From assembly GCA_010093605.1 (NCBI GenBank), contig MU004186.1, positions 1,592,616 through 1,656,615 on the forward strand: 64,000 bases of DNA. Direction: 5' to 3'. The stretch comes from Lophium mytilinum (lineage: Eukaryota). The notes under the pieces are model-generated. The model was not told the origin of the DNA. It ran no database searches and worked only from the letters and a program-made list of their open reading frames with translations. The translations under genes and the position numbers were made by a program. This document shows positions 12,701 to 24,793 of the stretch, one piece after another; the first letter of the stretch is position 1, and each line of letters starts with the position of its first letter.

Positions 12701-13612
12701 TAGTATTACAGCGAGACAAATCAAAGTTTTACCAATACCCATGGTCTCCGCAAGTATGCCGCCTCTGTTGGAGTCGTAATACTGCGGCTTTAGCACAAAC
12801 TCCATATCGTTCGGGTTGTAGTAGTATAGACAGTTTTCAAGAGAGTATCTTGGTTCAAAACGCGGGTCTAGAATCTTCTGCGGCGGAGATTCTTTCTGAA
12901 CCATCAGAGCTGCGGATCGTGTCTGGAATTTGTACAGTTTTGTTTTCAGTCCCTGGAGTGCTCCTGGGTTAAGCAAGTCTTCTGCTGCATGCCTTGAGTA
13001 TGGGCACGAAATAATACCCGGCTCAGGGTGAGGGGAGGGTATCGTGTTGAATAGATAGAACAGTGATTCATCTTCTCCAGTTGCCCAAGGATCAAACATC
13101 TCTTGCGCCATGTCATGCCGTCCAGACCAAGCTTCCTGCGATATGTTGATTCGTTGGACGAGCGACCTTAATCGAGTTTTGAGATGCTTGTTCTCACGAT
13201 CTTCGTACGACTCTAGAGGTCGCAAAAAGATCCTGAAGATGGTGCAACTTGCTGGCTTCTCCGACGCGCACGCAAAAATTCTAATCCACTTCGCGGTAAG
13301 TAGAGCGCACGCAGCCTCTCCAAGCTCTGACTTCCGTTGCTGAGCTAAGGCTGGATGGATCTCCGACCAGGAGTCCGTACGGAGGGGAGAAGAAACATCG
13401 AAACATTCATGTTGTAGACAACCTAGAGCGATGTAGTTGGCGAGCTCGAGGTGTTGCGAGTCGTCCTCATTCTTGGATATCACGCCCAGAGAAGCCGAAG
13501 AAGACAGTGGAGTGGAAGGAGTAGTTTTGATTGCATAGGAGACAGTAGAACTGGGAGTTTGTCCACTTGTAGATGAGGAGCTCTCCTCAGGTGAAAAGGT
13601 GGGAGAGTCCAT
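9737..13612 (-). CDS. SNF2-family helicase/ATPase (Rad5/Rad16/Rad8-like), intronless
   Basis: GGILAETMGIGKT (Walker A), IIDEGH (motif II), VSGTP (motif III), QAIKRAHRIGQ (motif VI); first ATG at 13612. Confidence 0.9.
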   Translation of the reverse strand: MDSPTFSPEESSSSTSGQTPSSTVSYAIKTTPSTPLSSSASLGVISKNEDDSQHLELANYIALGCLQHECFDVSSPLRTDSWSEIHPALAQQRKSELGEAACALLTAKWIRIFACASEKPASCTIFRIFLRPLESYEDRENKHLKTRLRSLVQRINISQEAWSGRHDMAQEMFDPWATGEDESLFYLFNTIPSPHPEPGIISCPYSRHAAEDLLNPGALQGLKTKLYKFQTRSAALMVQKESPPQKILDPRFEPRYSLENCLYYYNPNDMEFVLKPQYYDSNRGGILAETMGIGKTLICLAVILSTKDHMPSIPPRYQGGERVWGRLSRPGERVRPAQESLDPEKPLPTEEVTSINNSTTISSYGADDFWKVGTLAKMAAATATRNSIPWKRCIAEDNECSKILDAAVPSYDVPIEQARKSRSSSTNITQKVTLCSGSLIVVPPNLLTQWQSEIKKHVADGYLKVLVLDNKFAARLPGSGEHAEQDDIFCTKLLPSSAVLRTYDIVLFSRARFEQEIKDGADSYGRRLFTGAPTICQCPYIGATRIPDCRCFKMDETYRSPLKELHWLRMIIDEGHNFSSAKSNAVLIAGQIQAERRWVVSGTPAKDLVGVDVELPITNELESRDAVMEKRRQFSESDDTKSAVKSLRDLAKHFLKVQPWTDCDWNDYIYRHEKTGLKKTYTRFSACMKQTIGELVIKTAPEIYEKEVKIPEMTHSIVRLKPSWFDKSSANLFIQVMRANAITSERTGVDYLFDTHKNSVKARHSLLNNLRQSNFTWTGFTKDYVRETLETSHKYLNKEDRNCSQQDVANLTESMQMIEQVLGSPRWLSLSKTHEMGLFVDDWPQESIEYFALGGLESPQMIGVSQLLEGQFHVNSQVSSDDPASGLVAVGEHAKIRMEQVAKTEEINEAKRKTSKSSKAAPKGVPLSCVDGDPAPAKRLMPTRTNPSPKKGSQSTQNENVSTTSNGTRQPKMPERKRKLTLDKTAELPAGSPLLKTHVVGTTSSKLSYLLDRVMLFQADHKIIIFYDGDNTAFYLSQCLDYLHIGHRIYARTLDSHKRDNYIQLFKEDSNLRVFLMDVACGSHGLDLHVASIVLIINPINRKDVEAQAIKRAHRIGQTQKVLVETLILEGTIEEAIFDAVAERTQGMRVDDELQKAKTIEDDRQIQEIIQNAKIVPLEPHEAKGENQMARLRERQRVFARPNRAEYDGAWESIGFAGDKAGKGAKKMKWPKKKNQAEAAPVAPATATPVTDFGPLHADVFPTPATSASDTAQAPLAVRSLFGGPVTTGSR

Positions 13613-14368
13613 GGCGGGATACCTCCTAGCTCGATCTGCGTTTGATAGGGGAGTTGTCACGGGCACGCGACTACAAGCATAATATCAAGGTTTCGTAAAA
13701 GATGTCATCCCAGTAGCGCAGTATAGAGAGCTGGAATGACAGATGACTGTGAGTGAAATCGGAGAGCCTAAAAAACGAATTGAAAGGTATGGTGTTGACA
13801 GAAACTAGCCGTGAGGCAGCAGGTCGAGGTAATCACGGGAGTGTAGGAGATGGTTCGGAGATAAGAGATGTCTTGGCACTTCGCCAGCCTCATAAGAAAG
13901 TTGAATCACATGCACACATGACTTTGCAGATGAAATGAAAGGTCTATTGAATCTACAGACTGTTCGGATTGGATAAGGTGCGATTTGCCCATGTTCTGGA
14001 AATTGCTGGAATGACTTCAGATATAACTCGAAACCTGTGACCATTCAATATGTGTATGTACATACATAGAGTACATACTAAGAAAAGCTCATCTCTACAC
14101 TGTGCTTTAAAGTGTGCATAAGACTTCCTTGATTGAGAGTCACTGCATTGATGCGAGACATCAATAACGCTTCGATGGCAATGTTTGCATAATAAAGCTG
14201 AGGTGCATTGCACCAATGGCAGGGATGACCCACGGGCCTGGGCGACAGGGGTGGGCTTCGGGGAATCTTTGGGGGAAGACCGAACCCGAAAGCTCAACAT
14301 TTGATCTCAACACGTCGACGACTCCCATCTCCTCTCCCACCGACCCGAACTCCCTCATCTCTCTCACC

Positions 14369-15871
14369 ATGTTCTCCAGGACACTGAGGGCGAGTGTAGC
14401 CGCGCCCCTGCGCCGCAGCGTCTTCGCACCCGTCGCTCGACCTGCCTTCCGGACTGTCACCACCGACGCGGCTTCGTCGCATGCTGACAAGGACAGCGTG
14501 CCTTCGGTATGGATTGCAGATTGTACAATCAAGCGCGAGATTGCTAACTAGGACTAGGAAGATGACAAGCCGTTTGAGGTCCGCCTCTCCGACGAGAGCT
14601 TCGAGACCTACGAGCTTGACCCACCCTCCTATACGCTCGATACCACCAAGAAGGAATTGAAGCAGATGTACTACGATATGGTGGCCGTACGGTACATGAA
14701 ACCTCTCTCCGCGAAATTCCGAACCCATTGGACCCGATACTCACATTTCTAGGCGCATGGAGATGGCCGCCGATCGGCTGTACAAGGAGAAGAAAATTCG
14801 GGGTTTCTGCCATCTGTCCACGGGCCAGGAAGCTGTCGCCGTCGGCATCGAGCACGCGCTCCAGAAGACAGACCACCTCATCACCGCCTACCGCTGCCAC
14901 GGCTTCGCTCTGATGCGCGGAGGAACCGTCAAGTCTATTATCGGAGAGCTGTTGGGTCGGAGAGAGGGCATTGCTTTCGGGAAGGGCGGATCCATGCACA
15001 TGTTCTCTACTGGCTTCTATGGTGGCAACGGTATCGTCGGTGCCCAGGTGCCCGTCGGCGCTGGTATTGCGTTTGCAAACCAATACGAGGGCAAGGAGAA
15101 CGTGACACTGGCTTTGTACGGTGACGGTGCATCGAATCAGGGACAAGTCTTCGAGGCGTTCAACATGGCCAAGCTATGGAACCTCCCCATTATCTTTGGA
15201 TGCGAGAGTATGGTCGCTCGTGGACACTTCTCGTTTGAATCACTGCTAAACTCTTCTAGACAACAAATATGGAATGGGCACAGCAGCCAACCGCGCTGCA
15301 GCTCTCACGGACTACTACAAGCGCGGCCAATACATTCCCGGCCTGAAGATCAACGGCATGGACGTTCTCGCCGTGAAAGCCGCCGTCGCATACGGAAAGG
15401 AATGGTGTCGTCAAGGAAAGGGTCCCCTCGTCTACGAATACGTCACTTACCGTTATGGTGGACATTCGATGAGTGACCCTGGCACAACCTACCGCGTAAG
15501 CTCCTCTACGTCCCTCCAATCTGTGTCCCATCACTAATTCCTCCATGCAGACCCGTGAGGAAATCCAACGCATGCGCAGCACCAACGACCCCATTGCCGG
15601 CCTCAAGCAGAAACTCCTCGATTGGGGCGTCACCTCTGAGGACGAGCTCAAGGCCATCGACAAGGAAGCCCGCAGCAACGTCGACGCCGAAGTCGCCGAG
15701 GCCGAGAAGATGGCCCCGCCCGACCCAACGCCCAAGATCCTGTACGAGGACATCTACGTCCGCGGCAGCGAGCCCGAGTTCCTGAGGGGCTGCATACCCG
15801 AGGACAACTTCTACTACACCGAGTCGGAGATTTCCAAGGAGGCGCCGAAGAAGGCGGCTGCGCGGACGTGA
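14369..15871 (+). CDS. PDA1: pyruvate dehydrogenase E1 alpha subunit, mitochondrial; multi-exon
   Basis: Mitochondrial presequence [33 protein letters not shown] motif [10 protein letters not shown], phosphosite region [16 protein letters not shown]. Confidence 0.97.
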
Positions 15872-16142
15872 GGGTCGGTAGTTGAGCGTGCCGAGCGTGT
15901 GTGAATAGATACTGTTTGTGGGAGACGACTTGGTTCGGCTTAGGGCATGGTTCGTAGCATCTTTGAGGAAACCTGTAATTTTACTATTTTGGTTTGGCAC
16001 TTCCGAGGTCCTTGGTGCTCGTTTAGCCTTCCTTTTCTTTGAGCTAGCAACCCTTCATGATCCACCTTCTAGAGCTTCTTTCTTGTGATGATTAGACTTC
16101 TCCTGCTGTAGTCACAGGTCAAGGCCTGGGCACACTGGTTCG

Positions 16143-16270
16143 CCACTGCTTGAGGACCCCCCTTAGGATTTTGAAAATCTAAAGGTGATGTCAAATTTCA
16201 AGTAGTGGAGGTTAGACTGCCCCTTGGCTGACTATCTAAGCAGCTAGGCTACCCCCTACAGTGATGTTGG
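16143..16270 (+). repeat. dispersed repeat family B, copy 1
   Basis: Aligns by eye with 51711-51845 (CACTGCTTG..CCCC..TAGGAT..ATTTCAAG..GACTGCC.CTTG..GCTACCCC) and more weakly with 46541-46650. Confidence 0.7.
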
Positions 16271-16774
16271 CTTAAGCGTCTATAGTCGAATATGCGACAT
16301 TAGATGTGATCGCTGACACAACGACAATCAGAGTACCTCTCGACACGATAGCCACCGACTAGCAGGGCCACCCCTTACAGTGGTGTCAAGTGAGCAACAT
16401 TGAAGCAATAAGTAACAGACTCGTGTGCTCCGAATTATGGCTCAGTACTATGAATGCTCTTTGCTCAAACAAATGGGATGGTATTCAAAGAGGTGACTGG
16501 GTACGCCCCGTGGACACTCTCGCCCCTTTTGTTGCTTAGAGTCACGAATCAAACCGCGCAATCCTTCCTAGGACTATATTAACACACGTAGAGGGCCCTC
16601 TTTATCTTACGCTAGCCCTTATCGACTCGCAGCCATCGTCTTCTTTTGTCACCTAAAGTCCCAGATACAACTGCGCGAGCCTTCTCCCCGCATGTTTTGG
16701 TCGACGCGGAGGCTCCTTTACGTCCTACCTCCCTTTTATCACTAGGTATTAATTACAGCATCCGTATACTAGAA

Positions 16775-16978
16775 TTTTAGCACTCTTTTAGCACTCTTTT
16801 AGCACTCTTATTCGCACTCTTTTTAGTACTTCTTTTAGTACTCTTCAGTACTCTTTTTAGTGCTCTTTTTAGCACTTTTTTTAGTACTCTTTTTAGTACT
16901 ACTCTTTTTAGTACTTGATTCAGCTCTCTTATAAGCTCTCCATTCAGCTCTCCATTCAGCTCTGGAATCAGCTCTTGA
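16775..16978. repeat. degenerate 12-bp tandem repeat (TTTTAGCACTCT grading into CATTCAGCTCTC)
   Basis: More than a dozen directly visible imperfect units. Confidence 0.85.
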
Positions 16979-18422
16979 AACACAAGGTGGAAGTTAAAGA
17001 TGTCTAAACTAGACTACCTTTTACTCAACCACCTCCTTCCAACCTAGCCCACTCATCACAGCGTTATCCCGCTCGCAAGACCTTAGCTGTAGTATCACAA
17101 TTCCTGTTCCCTCGTCCTTTTAACCTTCATTCCATGTAGCAGGCACGTTTCGCACAGGAAAAGGCGAAGGAGAGAACGCGGAGGTGAACGAGGGGGGATG
17201 ATGTCGCGACAGAGTTTGGCTGGGAGGTGAACGAGATGGCAGACCATCGAGAGGGAGCGTGTGGGGACGTTGGTCGCTCGTCGCGTTATTTTCAGCGATG
17301 AGGGCAGAGAGGACGAAAGATGCTCGGAAAATAATGGAGCACCCGTGGACTACTGGAGAAACAAAGCAGCTGTAGCACTTGGCTGGTTTTTCCAGAAGAC
17401 TATAAGTTCTCTACCTAGGCTGTTGCCTCCACCGTAATCTTAAGCGCTTTTTTGATTAGGCTCTCGTCGCTCGTTGTAATATAGTTCTCAGTAGATAGCG
17501 CTTGTGCCTTCTCAACTAGCTAGTATGTAGGCAGTTCTTTGAACTAAAATCTAAACACCTTTACGAGCGCGGCGAGGGAAGAGTTTTGGAGAACTGTACG
17601 GAAAAGTAAAGCCATGCGTAGGTTCCGGAAAATCCTGTCCCCGCTTTACCTCGTCCAGGTCATGGTTATAGAGTGGAAGAGGCCGGGGTCATACAATAAC
17701 TCCTTATAGAAATCCGCACACTTGTTTACCACTACTTGAGGAGCCTTATAGTATTTTCAGCGTTCCAAATAAGAGAAAAGTACGGTAGTTTGGACCACCA
17801 GGAAACTCGCGAGGTCCCTCCAGACAGTGGTAACACGGCGCACACAGATTGAAAGTATATCCGCTATCTTGGGTTTCCAATCGCACGTCAAGGCCCCTTC
17901 AACAGTGGTATGAGGCACTCCAGACGGCGGCAAGCGCTTCAAACTTAAGCCTGGAAAAGGAGACACGACTTGAACTCTGGTATCTCTTACTTCATACCAG
18001 GAATATTTGGGTGCATTAGAGGACTTCAGACGGTAATAAATAGGTATAGAGAAGAGGAATGGATGCGTCTGATCGATTTGAAGTGCAGCGCTCTTGACAT
18101 CATACACAAATTTTCCAACCGGAGTTGAGGCCCGTCAGATAGTGGCAAAAAGGTAGAAAAGCAAATGCAAAGATGGTCATCAACTGATATTCTAGAACTC
18201 CGTACACTCGTTCAACACTGAGGTGCCTCGCGGTATTTTCAGCGGCTCAAATGAGGCAACATCACTGCAATTTGGACTGCTAGGAAACTCGCGAGGCCAC
18301 TCCAGAAGGCGTCAACACGGTGTCAAAGTGCGAAAGGAATAGAACTGTATTAGAGGCTAGGGCCTATGGACAGGAAAAGAATACGCTGGACTGCGCTCCA
18401 GCTACTGACTAACACACGCGCT

Positions 18423-20350
18423 CTAACGGCCATACACCTCCTGGTTCCAAGAATTGATTAGGTCGATGCCTGCGGACGGGTAATAATCCCCCTTGAATTC
18501 TCTGATGTTTGCTTCACTAAACACAGCAATGCTAGCCGGTTCTGGGTAGAAGTCCAAGTCGAGAGAATTTTTCGTTATGAAATGGATCCAAGTATCAGTC
18601 ATGTTATTGCTTACGGCGACGAATGTCTCTGCGTTCTCGCCACCCAACGGATTGGTCTGATATCCCGTGCCATTCTGGTTGTTGAACACGAATGCGACTT
18701 CATCGAAGTGAGTGGCGCCGTCAGACTTGGATCGGCCGTTCGGGACCACTTCGAAGCTGTAGCAGTACGAGGAGACGCTATACTTTTCCCAGGTTTGGCA
18801 AGTAAGACGACGTGGGGCAATAATGATCGCATCGCCGTAGTAGGCATTGGCTTTGAGGGTGTAGTAGTCGCTCGCGGAAGACCAGATACCCTTGAACGAA
18901 TCAGGAATATCTTGATATTGGTAGATGTTCCAGAGGCGCGTGACATAGCCGGCGGGAACGGGAGCGGGAACAGGAAAGGCTGTAAGTGATACGTCAGTTC
19001 TGGAACATCAATAGGGTTGGCGTTGACGCGAGGGAACGTACTTTCAAGAACCTTGATGAAGTTTTCCTTGAGAAATATCAACCACTCTGATCCCCCTCCC
19101 CCGATGTCGAAAGTCTTATTGATGAGGTTACCATCGACTAAAGCTGTCCCTTCGTCTGAGTTCGCGCCTACAAGGATCGGGACCTTGACAAACCAGCCAG
19201 TTGCGAGCTGCTCACTGGCGTGGCGTTGGATGAAGTCGCCGTCAACAACTGGCTGCCATAGTCCAGGCCGGATCAAGTCGGTCTCATTGATGAAGCTGTT
19301 CAGATCCTCGAATGATACCTCACGCAGGCATTGGAGAACGTGCTCTGCGTCTCCCGTGGTGTTGCAGGACATGCCTTCGGACACAATACTGAACGCTGTT
19401 TTGTTCCAATCCCGCATCGAGCCGTAGTAGACCGGGCTTCCGGACTGCATGATGGCACCATGGAAGAGCTTGTCGTCGCGGCCGCCGTAGGCTGTGAGGT
19501 GTGCACCAACGGAAAAGGCGCCGGCAGATTGCCCCCAGATGGTTATCTTCTGCTCGTCGCCTGTGGTTCTCATTAGACTGGGTTCGGATGAGGGTCCGGG
19601 TAGGGTAGGAGATCCAAGACTGAATGTTCAAGCCTGGCATAAGTAACTCACCTCTGAATTCCAAGATGTTCTCATGAATCCATCTCAACGCCAGTCTCTG
19701 ATCTCTAAGCCCTAAGTTCGCATTCCCGGTGAGGATAGCCTCGTCGCCAGTAATGAAGCCCCATATGCTCAACCTGTAGTTGATGCTGACAGCGATGATC
19801 GGCTTGTTGATCTTGACGCTGCGGTCGACGATGTAAGTGAGGTTGTATCGCTCGTCGCTCGCTGAACCCTGGTGCAAGCCTCCACCATGGATGAAGACCA
19901 CAACTGGAAGGCCCACCCACGGGGAAGAGTTGCGGACTGCAGTTGTAGGTCGCACGATGTTGAGGTAAAGGCAATCCTCGGAGATCTCTGGGTAGGAGAT
20001 TTGGTCGCTGCCATACCCGATACAGGCGGGGGCGTACTGGGTGGCCAATTCGGAGCCATTCCAGGTGGTATTGAGGGAATGAGGTACGCGGAAGCGGAGG
20101 TCGCCTAACGTTCGGGCACTTGTTAGCAGACGTTCAAACGGGACAAGATGGGGGAGATATGATGAAGAGACTCACCTATCGGTGGCTGAGCGTACGGGAT
20201 CCCGAGGAAGAAGTCCTGGTCCCACTCTTTCGAGTAGACACCAGTAATGGTGCCATTGGTCACATCAACAGTCGGTGCGTTGTTGTGACCTGCTTCGACT
20301 CTAGAGGCGGCAAGGATAGTAAAGGCCAATGCGTTCCAGTTAAAGAGCAT
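18423..20350 (-). CDS. secreted type-B carboxylesterase/lipase; 4 exons
   Basis: Signal peptide MLFNWNALAFTILAASRVEA; FLGIPYAQPP, SEDCLYLN, IHGGG, GQSAG, NSDEG, THFDE; three GT..AG introns reconcile the ORF fragments. Confidence 0.92.
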
Positions 20351-20603
20351 GATGAAGAGTGAGGCGATATGAATGCTTGACTGAGGAGGGATGGATGCTT
20401 GATGGGGACGATGGGTGCTAGAACGTGCGGTGTTGATGGAAAAAGAGACGGAAGAAGTGTGTTGATGAGAGAAGAAACGAAAGAAGGCGGGAGAAGAAAG
20501 TAAAGACAGCAGACGCGGCGCCCCTTCCCAGACGGAGTATGTCAGTCAGGTGCCCAGTGGGACACCGTCGAAGGGAAGGCATCGAGCCCACCTACACTAT
20601 CTC

Positions 20604-21237
20604 TACGCTTGTTTAGCACCGCTTAGGGTCCTCCAGTATGCTGTTGCTATTCATAAAATACCAGCTTTGGCAAGCCTGATAGCTCTCCGGGCCACCTCAG
20701 ACAGTGCTAATCGAGTGTGCCACTTTTCCCCGCGTAGCGTGCCAGCACAGCTTGAGCATACACCACAGCTTTGCTAGGCAGGGTCCGTCAGTCAGGTGCG
20801 CACCTGGGGGGGAACACCGATGCAGCTACGCTGGGCATGAAGAAGGTGGCACGTTCAGGAAGCATCCTGCCACCTGGCTGCCGCTGTTTGTAGTGCTTCA
20901 ATGCATTTTCAAATATGTAAATGAGATAGAAACTCTGGGTTTTGGGATGTGGGGAAACTTATTGAAGCGCTACAGAGAACGGCAGACATGTGTACACATG
21001 ACCGTAGGAGACAGAACGCTTGATGTGCCACCTTTTTCATGTCTAACGGAAAAGGTGGCACGCTCAGCATGAATTCTATCTACCTACATCCGTCTGCCGC
21101 TGTTTGTGGTGCTTCAATGCATCTTTAGGAATGTAAATGATATGAGAACTCGTAGCTTGGGCTATGGGGAAACTTGTTGAAGCACCACAAACAGCGGCAG
21201 GCACATGAACACACGAGTATAGCCCATCAGTGCCACC
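20604..21237. mobile_element. cluster of non-autonomous foldback/MITE-like elements (family A)
   Basis: About 140-bp unit 20604-20745 repeated at 35892-36022 and 40903-41055; two hairpin units 20878-20985 and 21094-21200 (the latter with a perfect 24-bp inverted repeat); outer inverted motif CATGAAGAAGGTGGCAC / GTGCCACCTTTTTCATG. Confidence 0.7.
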
Positions 21238-21528
21238 AAACGCTTATGATCAGCTTCTGCATCAGATTATGATAGAAATATGAACGTGAATTCAGTATAG
21301 AGTACGTGAAACCTACCCAGAACCGCGCCTTGAACCGCGCGCCAAGCATGCAAAGAACAAGACTGGTGAAATCTACACAAGAAAATATCTCCGAACACCA
21401 ACTTTCGTGTCCCGCAAGCCTATTGCTGTCATCTATTCATGGTTCTTGCGGGAGAAGTGCCCACTTGAACAACCTCAGCTAAGAACATCCAACTGCTGCA
21501 GGGGGTTTCTCGCCACGCAAATCGATCC

Positions 21529-22862
21529 TTAATGTCCTCCGGTAGTCGGCAGCTAATAGACGTTAGCATTTCGTATCTTAGAAGAGCTTTCCGAATTGCT
21601 TACCCCTAGGTAGACCTTGAAAGAATCGTAGATGAGCCATTGAAACGCCTGGATATGCAGATTAGCGAGTTTCTGGGAAAATCGCAAGTTTCGTCCTTAC
21701 AGTCAAGGTTCCAATCATAGCTATCCTGACCGGGAGACCGTTCCAGAGACCCTTGAAGCCGATATTTCCGTATATCCTCGACATAGCCTGACCAGCGCCC
21801 TCACCAGCTGTGAAGAAACGGCAGTCAGTAAGGCGCATACCATCACCCGAACAAGGTCGGAGACTTACCTTTGCGGTCGCTGTTGAGTTTTGACACCATT
21901 ACGTCTATCACAATATTAGCGAATCCCCCGCCGACGCATAGGTGACTGTAAACTTACCAGCAGGATGAGAAATCGCAGCACAGCCAATACCAGCAATGTA
22001 ACCACCCAGGAACGAGACACCGGTCTGCTGGAGAGTGTTGTAGGACTCCTTGGGCTTTCCGAGCGTCTTGTAGATCTGAGCAACGGCACTCTCGAAAGTC
22101 GCGAACTTGACCATGGTGTAGGGGATCTGTCGACCCCAGAGTGGGAAGAGTCCTTTGTAGAGGCTATGCAGATTTGTTAGCAACCAAGACTCCCATATAA
22201 CCGCGCAATTGGTATTCCTTACCCTCCAAAGCCCTCCTGAGCGACCACCTTGCTCCAGCCTTCCCTCAATGTCGAGGCAAAAGGCGGCAGCGTCGTCTGC
22301 ATGCGCACCTTGATCGCCTCTAAGGGACACAGCGCAATATCCGCGAGGAACTCAGCACTGGCACTGGCGGCCAGATACACCACGGTCTTGGGCAAATCCG
22401 GCGCCAACTTATCGCCATAGGTGTACTTGAAAACCTCGTACAGTCCGTATTTTCCGGCGCCCTGGAACGAGTATCCGACGAAGGTGGGGGACCAGCCGAA
22501 GAAGATGCCGCGGATGCCTTCAGCCTTATAGATTGAGCGCCATGCCTGCAGGTTGGACTTGTAGATGTTCGGGTCGACTTGACGGCGGCATTTGACCTGT
22601 TCGGTTTCAATTAGCTGCTGTATAACCTTTCCACACCACGAATGAGCAGAAGGCTATTCCACTTACCAGATCTAATGGCGTCACAGCAGTATGCGTAGGC
22701 CCGCAAGCTTCACAACGTCAACAACATACCCAATCGCAATCGGCAGCTCTGTCCGCGATCGCACTCACCAATGATACCTCCCAGCGTGCAAGCGCCAAAG
22801 TAAGTCCCCGAGTAGAGCTCAATCTTCCTCTGCGGCTTCAGGTTGTCCAATTTCGACGACAT
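21529..22862 (-). CDS. PIC2: mitochondrial phosphate/copper carrier (Pic2-type); multi-exon
   Basis: [70 protein letters not shown]; ends GLPTTGGH*; carrier PxD/ExxK signatures. Confidence 0.92.
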
Positions 22863-23399
22863 TATCGCGGTCTTTCAAGCTTCGAAATAGGCACACGACA
22901 CTCCTCTGGCAGATCTGCGACGGCTGGGCAGGGACAATGGCAACTTGGAGAGTGCAATTGACGGGTCAGGAGCAGCACAGGAGGAGGTCAAGCAGCAGAA
23001 ATGGAAGCGCACAGTGGAAAGCGGCCGCGGCGGGCTTAATCAACAACAAGGCTGGCAGCACGAATTCCGCAGCATCCGTTATCGAGCGCAAGTGACGTAC
23101 TGGCAGTGGAGCTAGCGCCAGCTTACATCCTTGTTCACCTCCCGCCTTGGCCGTGTTTGCCGAACGTGGCATGGCCAATCAGCGATGGTCGGCGGGGACG
23201 TTCACTTTGAGTCGACTTCAACTCTTTCTCATCTTCAACCTTTCTCAGCTTCAATACCACAAACATGTACTTTGATGCATGCGGACAGGAGTCACTCTCC
23301 AACGAATGTTGGCAATTCCTATTATTCTATGGTTGATCTTCTAGACTTCAACTGCTACCCTTCTCATCCTTCGTCTTTTTCAATCCTCCTGATTTGATA

Positions 23400-23558
23400 C
23401 TACATCGAATAAGGAGTGCAGTAGATGCAAAGCTAATGCCTACACTTGTATCATCGGCTCTCGGTCAGAAAGTTGATCTCGAAAAATTGGCAGCAGACTT
23501 GGGAACCCGACGGCGGCGGCCATGGACTGTGTCCTTGAGGTGGTGAAGGTATAACCAT
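23400..23558 (-). pseudogene. Cys-rich micro-gene array member 1 (pseudogene)
   Basis: Hand translation MVIPSPPQGHSPWPPPSGSQVCCQFFEINFLTESR*YKCRH*LCIYCTPYSM*: same spacing as the intact members, with a Cys-to-Phe change and two in-frame stops. Confidence 0.8.
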
Positions 23559-24217
23559 TCTGGATATGTGGGGTTCAAGCTAGCAATACTAAGACATAGA
23601 GGCTTAGTATTGATAGATTTTTTTGCATTTAACGCTGATTTCTGATGTAGAGGTACTCCATACTTGGTTCGAAGATTGAAGAATTAGAGAGCAAGAAGCA
23701 GATGCCATTATCTCAGCAAAGTCTACCACGCCCTTTATTAGTTGTTCCTGGGATATCCTTCCATTTTGTCTGCGCTATCTGTGCGCTGTCCTCGTGTTGT
23801 CGTTGACTAGCTGTTCAACTCCGCAACCGCTTCACGATAGGTCACCTGACTCCAATGCCAAGGGAAGAGCTACACACGCAGAAAACATTTAGAAGTCACA
23901 CTCGGAGCAGAAGATGCAGTTCGTTTATCTCTCACGCTTTTTTGTGATAGTCTTGATGTTTAACCTATCGCCATTTACCTCTCATTCCCACCGACCTTCA
24001 CCCCATCCCCAGGATGGATGTTCATATACCACGAACACTAGCCTTAGAAAAGTCACTATCACGCTGTTTCCATGTGCTATCAAGCTCCGCTGGCAATATT
24101 CGATCACTCTTCATTGCGTACATCTCCGGGTGAAGCAGTAGACTCAAGATTGATATGCTAGCTACCAACCGCTATCCTACCTCCTTCAACTTCACTCACC
24201 ACTACAATTTCCTACCG

Positions 24218-24400
24218 TCACGGCGCAGCCTCCTGGTTCCAAAACAATGGGCAGTAAGAGCAGATCCAATGGCTGCATCGATAGCATCTGAGAAAAGTAG
24301 CCCCATTGACTGTGCGGCACTGGCAGCACTGGCGGTCATAGCCGTCTTTTCGGAACTCCTCCGACGAGCCAGGCTCTGGGCTTGAGGGAAGTATGGCCAT
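24218..24400 (-). CDS. Cys-rich micro-protein, array member 2 (60 aa)
   Basis: MAILPSSPEPGSSEEFRKDGYDRQCCQCRTVNGATFLRCYRCSHWICSYCPLFWNQEAAP. Confidence 0.8.
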   Translation of the reverse strand: MAILPSSPEPGSSEEFRKDGYDRQCCQCRTVNGATFLRCYRCSHWICSYCPLFWNQEAAP

Positions 24401-24793
24401 TCCAGATGCTGTGAGATTGACTTAAGGAGTTTACAGATTGATATCGATAGCAATCTTTAGATCATGCGGTCTTGCCGTGGTTTGATGATGGAAAGCGAGC
24501 TTGAAGCTTGATACGAAGGTATGAGGAGCAAGCAGAAAAGTTAGAGATTGATATACCCTAAGGCAGCCGGATTCCGACACGTCAAGCACATGCTACTCTT
24601 GATACGCTGTAGAATCTGCTGGCTGCATAATCGCTTGGTGTCGCCGAGGCCGTAAGTGAAGTGGGTTGTCAGTGATTGGCGTTCAGCTACCATCTCATCC
24701 TACCCAACCCCCTTAATAGTGATAGTTCGCTACTACCCATCTCCTATATTTCGCCAGCGACTCCTTTATCCTTTACTATTGCACGCTCTTCCC

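Noticed and set aside
16777..16983. ORF with LKRV repeats
   Set aside because: Translation of the 12-bp minisatellite; no other coding evidence
18980..19040. Apparent frameshift in the carboxylesterase
   Set aside because: Explained by a canonical intron (GTACGT..CTGAC..CAG on the minus strand)
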